Below, piece after piece: positions 27,948 through 36,195 of a DNA stretch of 64,000 bases. Under the pieces are notes generated by a model. It had not been told where the DNA came from, did no database searches, and worked only from the letters and a program-made list of their open reading frames with translations. The stretch lies in contig CAZVGK010000009.1 in the NCBI GenBank assembly GCA_964626665.1, positions 24,321-88,320 of the forward strand. Reading direction: 5' to 3'. This DNA is from an uncultured Gemmatimonadota bacterium (GTDB taxonomy: Bacteria > SM23-81 > DAOVCL01). The position numbers and the translations under genes are program-made. Every line of letters starts with the position of its first letter. Position 1 is the first letter of the stretch.

Positions 27948-28129
27948 AACACGAATAGCACGAATATACAAATTTCACGAATGGAAAGGTGATTCATTCA
28001 TAAAGATCCATTGTTTGAGATAATAAAGGCAGTGTTTGAGGTTCATAACGAATTAGGGTTGGGCTACTCGGAAGGGATGTATGAATCCGCTAAAATTCGT
28101 GGTATTCGTCCATTGGTGTAATTCGTGTT
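27948..28129 (+). mobile_element. MITE-like remnant carrying a GxxExxY gene 5' fragment between CACGAAT/ATTCGTG inverted repeat arms
   Basis: From 27981: MER*FIHKDPLFEIIKAVFEVHNELGLGYSEGMYES; arms AACACGAATAGCACGAAT... / ...ATTCGTGGTATTCGTC...ATTCGTGTT. Confidence 0.7.
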
Positions 28130-28170
28130 ATAGAACATACTTCTATAAATGTAGATAGGAGTGGTTCTTT

Positions 28171-28208
28171 AAAAGGCCTTCTACGCTTGGTTGCAGAGGG
28201 CCTTTTTT
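28171..28208 (+). terminator. Intrinsic terminator
   Basis: AAAAGGCCTTCT...AGAGGGCCTTTTTT. Confidence 0.7.
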
Positions 28209-28222
28209 ATTGAAAAACCTGC

Positions 28223-28251
28223 TTGACAGAGGAGGATTTTCTACTTAAATT
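28223..28251 (+). promoter_or_regulatory. sigma70-type promoter
   Basis: TTGACA-17 nt-TAAATT. Confidence 0.6.
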
Positions 28252-28262
28252 AAAAGTTCAGG

Positions 28263-28482
28263 AATTTCCATTTTTAGACAGGATTGACAGGGTGATCAGG
28301 ATTAATAAAACTCGTCCACCAAGGTTACATCTAAGTTAATTAGGACGAGGGAGACATTTCCTGATGTCGCTCAAAAGTGTGCTGTCAGGAGTTACCTCTT
28401 GACATTTCTTACAATAATGGAAGGGACGAATAAAAATCCGGTAAATCCTGTTATCCTGTCAAAAAAGTCTCGCCGCAGGCGA
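28263..28482. repeat. MITE-like leader element, copy 1 (GACAGGAT-type arms); copy 2 at 29821-30106
   Basis: TTTTTAGACAGGATTGACAGG... / ...ATCCTGTTATCCTGTCAAAAAA; shared internal blocks AATAAAACTCGTC, GTTACATCTAAG, GGGAGACAT.TCCTGATG. Confidence 0.75.
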
Positions 28483-28561
28483 TTAAATTTAGCTGTCAGA
28501 TGAGGGTATCTGACAGCGTGGGAATCTAATAATGCAGGATAGCAGATTAGGGAGGTTACCT

Positions 28562-29602
28562 ATGCGAAAATCGAAGTGGGGGATTTTTGCCCTGGTAATT
28601 TTAGCCCTTTTCTTGTTTTTGGGCGGGGCTGCCTGGGGGGCAGAGGATAGCCTGCGGATTATCTATACAGGCAATACGCTCTCCAATTTAGTCCCCTCTG
28701 GGTGAGGTTCCCACCGCTCAGGTGGTCTGGCCCGGCGGGCCAGCTTCATTAAAGAGAAGAGCCCGGAAGGCTACACCCCTTTGCTCCTCGATGCGGGGGG
28801 CAACTTCTCCGGCAGGGGGAAGGGTGCCAAGTTGAAGTCGGAATATCTGGCCAAGATGCTGGCTGTTTTGGACTATGGCGCCCTCAACTTAAGGAGTGCA
28901 GACTTCAGCTTTGGAGAGAAGTTTTTGGCTCGGATAAGGGATAAGTATAGACTTCCCTTTGTCTCAGCCAATATCTACTATGGGGATACAAATCGCCCCT
29001 TTGCCCATAGGTATCTAATCAAGAGGGTTGGGGGTAATGGTCTCTTGGGATTTAGGTATGGGGGGATAAGGGTGGGGATATTTGGCCTCTCCCAGGCTTT
29101 CTCCCATAAACCTACCGATTGGCGGGAAAGGGTGGTAGTAGTTAAGGATCCGTTTCGGGAGGCCAAGAGGGTAGTGGCCAAATTGCGGGGGAGGTGTGAT
29201 CTGGTAGTCGCCCTGGCCCAGATGGATATGGCCGGATTGAAGGAACTGGCCCAGAAGGTGGAGGGAATTGACCTAATCATTGGCGGGGAGAAGGGTAGAC
29301 AGGGGAAGCCCTTAGAGGTCAATCACACCCTTATCGTGCAACCTGGATCCCGAGGAAAGTATGTTGGTCTCCTCGATCTTCACCTTAATCTCCAGGGAAG
29401 GATAAGCAAATCTCGCGGATCCTTAGCCCTTTTGGACAACAAGATTCCCGACGATAAAAAGATGGCCCAGCTTATTAAGGAGTATAAGGAGGAGATGAAC
29501 AAGAAGGCCAAAAGGGAACTGGGTCGGAGAAAGAAGGTTCCTCCCCGGCCCGGAAGAAGAGCCCCTACCCAGCACAGGGGAGGGATAATCAGAGGGCGAT
29601 AA
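28562..29602 (+). CDS. UshA/5'-nucleotidase-like exported selenoprotein (in-frame UGA at 28703-28705, codon 48)
   Basis: GGAGG RBS, ATG 28562, signal peptide, LRIIYTGNTLSNLVPSG-UGA-GSHRSGGLARRA continuing in frame into the 28781 ORF (LLLDAG); hairpin right after UGA. Confidence 0.8.
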
Positions 29603-29612
29603 CTTCCAATAG

Positions 29613-29642
29613 AAAAGGCCCCCGCTGGCGGGGGCCTTTTTT
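29613..29642 (+). terminator. Intrinsic terminator
   Basis: AAAAGGCCCCCGC-TG-GCGGGGGCCTTTTTT. Confidence 0.8.
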
Positions 29643-29780
29643 CTAAGGGTCTTAGTTGGTGGCAGAACAGGGGTTCTGCCACCTCGGGTAGATTCCGTGG
29701 TAAATTATCCATTCGTGTAGATTCGTCTATTCGTGTCATTTGTGTTCTGTAATCTGTGGTGAATTGTTACGGAAAAACTG

Positions 29781-29809
29781 TTGACATTTTCCGATTTTGC
29801 TATTAAATT
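29781..29809 (+). promoter_or_regulatory. sigma70-type promoter
   Basis: TTGACA-17 nt-TAAATT. Confidence 0.6.
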
Positions 29810-29820
29810 TATAGCATAAA

Positions 29821-30106
29821 AATTTCCATTTTTTGGACAGGATTGACAGGATGATCAGGATAAATAAAACTCGTCTACCAATGCTCTCCTTGTGAATGTT
29901 ACATCTAAGCGAGTTAGGATGTGGGAGACATCTCCTGATGGCGATAATCGAGATCTGGAAACCTCTCCCACAATTCAAATGTGCCGCTGGCAGCTGGTTT
30001 GAATGTTACAATCCCAATGAGGGTTACAATAATAGACGGGATGGACAGGATGAATAAAAATCCTGTAAATCCTGTTATCCTGTCAAAAAAGTTCCGCCGT
30101 AGGCGG
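29821..30106. repeat. MITE-like leader element, copy 2, with nested GTGGGAG...CTCCCAC REP-like palindrome
   Basis: Homologous to 28263-28482. Confidence 0.75.
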
Positions 30107-30121
30107 CTAAGTTTTAATGGG

Positions 30122-31210
30122 ATGCGCACCGGTATCGCCAATCTCCCCCTCCATTATGGGAGGGCCCCGCGCTGGCTCTTTGGCAGGATGGAGGTTCTCT
30201 CTCGCCAGATAGCCATCTATGTGATAGGGGAATATGGCCCCCAGGCCTTTCTCAAGAGGCTCTCTGATCCCTTCTGGTTTCAGGCCTTGGGGGCGGTGTT
30301 GGGCTTTGACTGGCATTCCAGTGGCCTGACCACCACCGTCTGTGGGGCGCTGAAGGCCGGGCTTAAGGGGATGGAGGAGGAGTTGGGGATCTTTGTGGCC
30401 GGAGGGAAGGGGGCTGTCTCGCGGCGCACTCCATCAGAGATCATCGGATGGGGGGAGAGGCTTTCCTTTGATCCAGGGAGGCTGGTCTATGCCAGCAGGA
30501 TGGCCGCCAAGGTGGACAGCGCTGGGCTGCAGGACGGCTTTCAGATTTATCACCATTCCTTTTTCTTTACCCGGCGGGGTGATTGGGCGGTGGTGCAGCA
30601 GGGGATGAATCCCACCGTCAGGATGGCCCGCAGGTATCACTGGCTGAGCGAGGGGGTGAGGGACTTCTGCTGTGAGCCCCATCAGGCCATCTGCTCCGAA
30701 AGGGTTGGTTGGGCTTTGAATATGGTCTCCCGCCAGAGCGGCGAGGCCAGAAGGGTGGTGGCCTCCCTGGCTGGGGAGAGGCCGGAAAAGCTTATACATA
30801 ATTTGCATTTTTTGCAGAGGCTCGATCTTCCCATCCGCCACCAGATCCTCTTGAAGGACATAAACCCGGAAAGGTTAAAGAGCATCTTTTTAAGCACTTA
30901 CGAACAGAAGCCGCAGGGGTTTGAGGATCTTTTGGGAAGGAAGGGGGTGGGGGCCAAGACCATCAGGGCTTTGTCTCTTATCTCGGAGCTTATCTATGGG
31001 GTGAGCCCTAGCTTCTCTGATCCAGCCAGGTTTAGCTTCACCCACGGGGGGAAGGATGGTCATCCCTTCCCTGTGGACAGAGAGGTTTATGATGAGAGCA
31101 TATCCATCCTCCAGAAGGCTCTGGAAAAGGCCATGGTGGATTTTACCCCCAAGAGGGAAGCCCTGAGGAGATTAAATGGTTTTTGGCAGGGTGTAAGTGG
31201 AAAAATTTAA
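30122..31210 (+). CDS. DUF763 family protein
   Basis: MRTGIANLPLHYG.AP.WLF...LSDPFWFQA.G.VLGFDWHSSG.TT...AAKVD..LQDG...GGKDG.PFPV; start moved to 30122 because the upstream in-frame part is repeat DNA. Confidence 0.85.
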   Translation: MRTGIANLPLHYGRAPRWLFGRMEVLSRQIAIYVIGEYGPQAFLKRLSDPFWFQALGAVLGFDWHSSGLTTTVCGALKAGLKGMEEELGIFVAGGKGAVSRRTPSEIIGWGERLSFDPGRLVYASRMAAKVDSAGLQDGFQIYHHSFFFTRRGDWAVVQQGMNPTVRMARRYHWLSEGVRDFCCEPHQAICSERVGWALNMVSRQSGEARRVVASLAGERPEKLIHNLHFLQRLDLPIRHQILLKDINPERLKSIFLSTYEQKPQGFEDLLGRKGVGAKTIRALSLISELIYGVSPSFSDPARFSFTHGGKDGHPFPVDREVYDESISILQKALEKAMVDFTPKREALRRLNGFWQGVSGKI

Positions 31211-31964
31211 GGAGATAGCCATCGATCTGGCTCAGGCCTCTGGTCAGATGCTTATGGGAAGTTTGGGGAAGGTAAAGGACATAGGCCACAAAGGGGAGAT
31301 TGATCTGGTTACGGAGGCAGACAGGAGATCGGAGGAGCTTATAGTGGGCAGGCTCAGGGAGGCCTTTCCTCACCACGCCATCATAGCTGAGGAGAGCGGT
31401 GGGGAGAGGGATGCGGAATACCTCTGGCTGATAGATCCCCTTGATGGCACGACTAACTATGCCCATGGCTTGCCCTGGTTTACCGTCTCCATCGGGCTGC
31501 TCAAAGGGGAGGAGCCCATATTGGGGGTGATCTACAACCCCCCTTTGGATGAGCTTTTCTGGGTGGAGAGGGGGGAAGGGGCCTGGTTGAATGGGGAAAA
31601 GATTGAGGTTTCCTCCACCCCACAGCTCTCCCAAAGCCTTCTGGCCACCGGTTTTCCCTATGACATAAGGGAAAGTAAAGTAAACAACCTGGACCACTTC
31701 TCCCATTTTTCCCTGAGGGCCTTAGCCATCAGGAGAGCGGGCTCTGCTGCCCTTGATCTGGCCTATCTGGCCTGTGGCCGGTTTGATGGTTTTTGGGAGC
31801 TGAAGCTTCACCCCTGGGATATGGCAGCCGGCGCCCTTCTGGTTACAGAGGCGGGAGGAATCATAACCGACTTTAAGGGGAGCAGATTTGATCCCTTTGG
31901 AAAGGAGATTTTGGCCTCCAATGGGAGGATACACAACCAGATGTGGGCTGTGCTAAACAGGTGA
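31197..31964 (+). CDS. suhB: Inositol monophosphatase
   Basis: DLVTEAD, WLIDPLDGTTNYAHG, GSAALDL, WDMAAG. Confidence 0.9.
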   Translation: MEKFKEIAIDLAQASGQMLMGSLGKVKDIGHKGEIDLVTEADRRSEELIVGRLREAFPHHAIIAEESGGERDAEYLWLIDPLDGTTNYAHGLPWFTVSIGLLKGEEPILGVIYNPPLDELFWVERGEGAWLNGEKIEVSSTPQLSQSLLATGFPYDIRESKVNNLDHFSHFSLRALAIRRAGSAALDLAYLACGRFDGFWELKLHPWDMAAGALLVTEAGGIITDFKGSRFDPFGKEILASNGRIHNQMWAVLNR

Positions 31965-32246
31965 CAGTTGACGGGGAACAGGGCTCAGGATTAAGGATTA
32001 AGATAAAACAGCGAAGTGAAAATATGTGGGAGGCATCTCCTGATGCCGATAAAAAGTGTGCTGTCAGGAGTTGCCTCTTCTGCCAAGAACCCCGTCGGAA
32101 CGGGGCTGACAGCTCTTGAAAGGTCAGGAGACCTCTCCCACAACTTTGCATTTTCCGAGGATCAGTTTCCAGGGATCAGAAAAAGTCCGTGGCAACTGAT
32201 AATTAGCTGACTGCTGACTGCTTACCCCTGATCCCTGTGAACTGTC
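31963..32246. repeat. Nested MITE/REP composite
   Basis: Outer arms GACAGTTGACGGGGAACAGGG / CCCTGATCCCTGTGAACTGTC; inner GTGGGAGG...CCTCTCCCAC; AAAAGTGTGCTGTCAGGAGTT shared with 28374. Confidence 0.65.
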
Positions 32247-32267
32247 TTTAAACTAAGGAGGATTCAA

Positions 32268-32876
32268 ATGGAGGATATTAAATGGCTGGGTCATGCCAGC
32301 TTCAAGATCAGTGGGGAGAAAATCGTCTATATCGATCCCTGGAAGTTGCAGGGGAAAAATGAGGAGGCAAATATTATCCTCATCACCCATGACCATTACG
32401 ATCATTGCTCTTTATCTGATATCGAAAAGCTAAAGGGGAAGGGGACAACTGTTGTCGCTCCCCCTGATGCGGCCAAGAAGATAACCGGGGATGTGCGGGT
32501 GGTAAAACCAGGCGATGAGCTCATGGTCCAGGGGATAAAAATAGAGGCCTATCCTGCCTACAACCTGGAGAAGGAGTTCCATCCGCGAGCCAATGGTTGG
32601 GTGGGGTATGTCATTGAGATCAATGGGAGGAGGGTCTACCATGCGGGGGATACGGACCTCATCCCAGAGATGGAAGGGATTAAAGCGGATATTGCCCTCC
32701 TGCCAGTAGGGGGGACCTATACGATGAATGCCAGGGAGGCGGCCGAGGCGGCCAACAGGATAAAGCCCAAGCTCGCTGTCCCTATGCACTTTGGCGCTAT
32801 TGTTGGCTCCTCCAAGGATGCGGAGGAGTTCAAAGCCCTCTGCCAGGTACCGGTGGAGATCTGGAAAAGGAGTTGA
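32268..32876 (+). CDS. MBL-fold metallo-hydrolase (UlaG/UPF0173-like)
   Basis: WLGHASF, ITHDHYDH, YHAGDT, PMHFG. Confidence 0.9.
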   Translation: MEDIKWLGHASFKISGEKIVYIDPWKLQGKNEEANIILITHDHYDHCSLSDIEKLKGKGTTVVAPPDAAKKITGDVRVVKPGDELMVQGIKIEAYPAYNLEKEFHPRANGWVGYVIEINGRRVYHAGDTDLIPEMEGIKADIALLPVGGTYTMNAREAAEAANRIKPKLAVPMHFGAIVGSSKDAEEFKALCQVPVEIWKRS

Positions 32877-32877
32877 T

Positions 32878-33132
32878 ATGGAGGAGAAAATAGGGGTTGT
32901 AGAGGATTACTTCGCCCACGTGGGGGTGGCTGGGGTGAGGATCACCCAGGGGAAATTGCGGGTGGGGGGGATGGTTCATATCAAAGGTCACACCACAGAC
33001 CTTACCCTCAAGATCGATTCTATGGAGATCGAGCACAGGAAGGTGGAGGAGGCCGAACCCAATGATGAGGTGGGGATAAAGGTAGCCGAGAGGGTGAGAT
33101 CAGGGGATGAGGTCTATTTGGTCACCGACTAG
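32878..33132 (+). CDS. Small translation-factor-like beta-barrel protein (EF-Tu domain II / U32 C-terminal-like)
   Basis: MEEKIGVVEDYFAHVGVA...IKGHTTD...SMEI...VGIKV..RVR.GD.VY; AGGAG RBS. Confidence 0.75.
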   Translation: MEEKIGVVEDYFAHVGVAGVRITQGKLRVGGMVHIKGHTTDLTLKIDSMEIEHRKVEEAEPNDEVGIKVAERVRSGDEVYLVTD

Positions 33133-33474
33133 ATGAGGATAGATTCCTACGGATTTGGCCGGATAGTTGTGGGAGGAACGGCCTATACTTCGGATCTAAT
33201 TATCTATCCGGAGAGGATAGAGGCTAACTGGTGGAGAAAGGAGGGCCACCTCCTGCAGCCAGAGGACATAGAGGAAGTTGTGGAGTATAAGCCTCAGACC
33301 GTGGTGGTGGGAACCGGGGCCTACGGGCTGATGAAAGTGGCCCCGCAAACAAAGGCCAACCTTAAGCTACGAGGAATTGGGCTGGTCTGCGAGCCCACTA
33401 AGGAGGCCTGTCGGATTTACAACGAGATCTCTGACTCAGAGAAGGTGGTGGCCTGCCTCCACCTCACCTGTTGA
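33133..33474 (+). CDS. Mth938-like (DUF498) protein
   Basis: IDSYGFG.I...WWRKEGH...VGTG.YG...LHLTC. Confidence 0.85.
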   Translation: MRIDSYGFGRIVVGGTAYTSDLIIYPERIEANWWRKEGHLLQPEDIEEVVEYKPQTVVVGTGAYGLMKVAPQTKANLKLRGIGLVCEPTKEACRIYNEISDSEKVVACLHLTC

Positions 33475-33477
33475 GCT

Positions 33478-34362
33478 ATGGGGGATAGAGGATGGGTAAA
33501 TGAAGGGAATGGTTTCTCCGGGGGGTATTGGTCTGCCCCTCCGGAACCACCTCTGCCTACCTGGAGGTCGGCTTGGAAGAATATCCTCCTCTTCTTTCTC
33601 ACCTTTCTTTCCACCTTTTGGGTGGGATCTGCCTTTTTGGGAGGAGGGCTCTGGTATTGCTTCTCCCTGATGGCCATCCTTTTGGCCCATGAGTCGGGCC
33701 ATTGGCTGATGTCCCGCCGCCATGGGGTAAAGGCCTCCCTCCCCTATTTTATCCCCTTTCCCCTTCCCCCCTTTGGCACCTTAGGGGCAGTGATCAGGAT
33801 GAAGTCCCCGATGACTACCAGGAAGGCCCTCTTGGATATAGGAGCTGCTGGTCCCTTTGCTGGGCTGGTGGTTGCCATACCGGTGACCATCGTGGGCCTT
33901 TTACATTCGGAGGTGGTAGAGGGGTCAATTGGGGAGGGGGTCCCCTTGGGGAGCTCCCTCCTCTTTCATCTCCTTATTTGGCTAGTAAAGGGGCCAATTC
34001 CCTCTGGCCAGGAGGTTGTGCTTCATCCTTTGGCCTATGCCGGCTGGGTGGGCCTGTTTGTCACCGCCCTCAACCTCCTCCCCATTGGTCAGTTGGATGG
34101 AGGTCACATTCTCTACTCTTTGATCGGTCAGAAGAGCCTTAAGGTCTTCAAATTAACCTTAGGTGCCTTTGGCCTGATTTGCATTATCTTTTACCGAGGT
34201 TGGTTCCTTTTGATCTTGCTCCTTCTCCTTTTTGGCCTGCGTCACCCGCCGCCTCTGGATTCGGTAACCCCCTTGGGAAGGAAGAGGGTGGCGGTTGGCC
34301 TTCTGGCCTTTGTCATCTTTTTTCTCTGTTTTACCCCCAAACCCTTTCATATGTGGGGATGA
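33478..34362 (+). CDS. Site-2 protease (M50) membrane metalloprotease
   Basis: HESGH, PYFIP..GT.GA.I, AGP.AG, NLLPIGQLDGGH. Confidence 0.9.
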   Translation: MGDRGWVNEGNGFSGGYWSAPPEPPLPTWRSAWKNILLFFLTFLSTFWVGSAFLGGGLWYCFSLMAILLAHESGHWLMSRRHGVKASLPYFIPFPLPPFGTLGAVIRMKSPMTTRKALLDIGAAGPFAGLVVAIPVTIVGLLHSEVVEGSIGEGVPLGSSLLFHLLIWLVKGPIPSGQEVVLHPLAYAGWVGLFVTALNLLPIGQLDGGHILYSLIGQKSLKVFKLTLGAFGLICIIFYRGWFLLILLLLLFGLRHPPPLDSVTPLGRKRVAVGLLAFVIFFLCFTPKPFHMWG

Positions 34363-34564
34363 GAAGATTGCCCTTTTGATTCACCGCTGACTGGCGCAGC
34401 GCGCGGAGGCTGTAACCAAATAATCAACCGCAAAGTTGCAAATTTACTAGTGCCGTCAGATGAGGAAATCTACCTACTGGGCGGTACATAATCCCCTAAG
34501 TATCAGAGAGTTAAAATTGTAATCGGCCAATCAAAAATCCAGGTTAGAAAGGAGTGATTGAAAA

Positions 34565-34903
34565 ATGACTGAACCCCTTGAGGTTGATGATAGCAACTTT
34601 GATCAGGAGGTCCTGGGGGCTTCGCTCCCCGTCTTGGTCGATTTTTGGGCTGAATGGTGTGCCCCCTGTAAGATGATCTCCCCCATTGTGGCGGAGATAG
34701 GTGATGAGTATGCGGAAAGGCTGAAGGTGGCCAGCCTCAATGTGGATAATAGCCCTATTACTGCTTCCCAATACGGGGTAATGAGCATCCCCAGCCTCCT
34801 TGTCTTCCAGGGTAGGAAGGAGATAGAGAGGATAGTAGGGGCCCTCTCCAAGGGACATCTTATCTCTAAGCTGGAGAGGATATTGGGGAAACATGATCAG
34901 TAG
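34565..34903 (+). CDS. trxA: Thioredoxin
   Basis: VLVDFWAEWCAPCK...SIP. Confidence 0.92.
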   Translation: MTEPLEVDDSNFDQEVLGASLPVLVDFWAEWCAPCKMISPIVAEIGDEYAERLKVASLNVDNSPITASQYGVMSIPSLLVFQGRKEIERIVGALSKGHLISKLERILGKHDQ

Positions 34904-34976
34904 GGAATCTTTTCCTTGACTGCAGGATTCTTTTTTTATATATTAGATGGAACTGATCCCCCCTACAGGAGATGTT

Positions 34977-35462
34977 ATGATGCACTTAGTCTCAGTGAGC
35001 GGTTTGGCCATAGATATGGGCTCAAATTCCCCAGTTGTGCTTCTTAAGGAGGCCCGGGGGAAGAGGGTTTTACCCATTTGGATAGGGCCCTATGAGGCAA
35101 TGGCTATTGCTATGGAGTTGGCTGGGATTGGCTCCAAGCGTCCCCTTACCCACGATCTGATGAAGATGATCATCTCTGGCCTGGGTGGCAAGATTACCAA
35201 AGTGGAGATAACAGAGCTTAAGGAGCAAACCTTCTACGCCCGCATCTGGATCCAACAGAATGATGCCATATTGAATATCGATGCCCGTCCCAGTGACTCC
35301 ATTGCCCTGGCCCTGCGAGAAAAGGCCCCTATCTATGTTGCCTCGGGCGTCTTCGACCTCCACTTGGGTGCAGAGGAAACTGAGGAGGAGAGAGCCCGCA
35401 ACCTAAGGGAGAGGCTGAAGAGGATAAACCCTGAGGAATTTGGGAACTTTTCCTTCTCCTAA
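34977..35462 (+). CDS. Bifunctional nuclease family (DUF151) protein
   Basis: LPIWIG..EA, RPLTHDL, DARPSDSIALA; AGGAG RBS; TTGACT-17-TATATT promoter at 34916-34944. Confidence 0.88.
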   Translation: MMHLVSVSGLAIDMGSNSPVVLLKEARGKRVLPIWIGPYEAMAIAMELAGIGSKRPLTHDLMKMIISGLGGKITKVEITELKEQTFYARIWIQQNDAILNIDARPSDSIALALREKAPIYVASGVFDLHLGAEETEEERARNLRERLKRINPEEFGNFSFS

Positions 35463-35539
35463 GGAACAACATCTCATCCTGGTTTAAGGGGGGCGATCAC
35501 TCCGTTTTTGGGGTGGAAAATGCCTCCTTTTCTCTTCTG

Positions 35540-36195
35540 ATGATCAGATCTTTTGTTGATAGATCCCCTCACATTCATCCCACTGTTTTTGTGGCCTCCG
35601 ATGCTCAGGTAATTGGCGATGTCTACTTGGGGGAAGGGGTAAGCATCTGGTTTGGAGCTATCCTCCGGGGGGATATAAACTACATCCGTATTGGGGAGAG
35701 GGGCAACATTCAAGATGGTTGCCTCCTCCATGTAACGGAGGGGGACCCGCTGGTGGTAGGGGATGAGGTGACAGTGGGCCACGGAGCCATCCTCCATGGG
35801 TGTCGAATAGATGGTGAATTTATAGCGAAGCTTCGAATTTCAGAATATAAAGTACAAAAGTCAAAGTTGCTTTCCCTTGTAGGGTTAATAGGCAACTCCA
35901 AGTCTTTCCATTTTTCAATTTTCAATCTGCAATTTTCAATGGCTGGCTTCAGAAAACTTGACATAAATTTTTAGAAGATGCTTTATGAAGCCAGCTAGAT
36001 GGAGCCCAGGTAGGTGAAGACTCTATTGTGGCCGCTGGTGCTCTGATCAGGGAAGGTCAAAGGTTTCCCCCGCACAGTTTGCTAGCTGGTCTGCCGGCTG
36101 TAGTGAAAAGGGAAGTAACAGAAGAGGAATTGCGGGAGATAATTTTCTCTGCCCATCGCTATGAAAATCTGGCCCGGAAATACAAAGCTATTTAG
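35540..36195 (+). pseudogene. Gamma-carbonic anhydrase family (YrdA/PaaY-like) gene split by a ~176-bp insertion
   Basis: 5' half ...LRGD...NIQDG.LLH...VGHGAILHGCRIDGE (to 35818); 3' half in another frame LDGAQVGEDSIVAAGALI...G.PA.VKR...Y..LA..Y* (35995-36195). Confidence 0.8.

Noticed and set aside
29981-30121. N-terminal extension of the DUF763 ORF
   Set aside because: It is translated MITE arm DNA (NPVNPVILS); the family start is MRTG at 30122.
35513-35974. Intact 153-aa gamma-CA as called in the ORF track
   Set aside because: The C-terminal third is read-through into repeat DNA; the true 3' half is in another frame.
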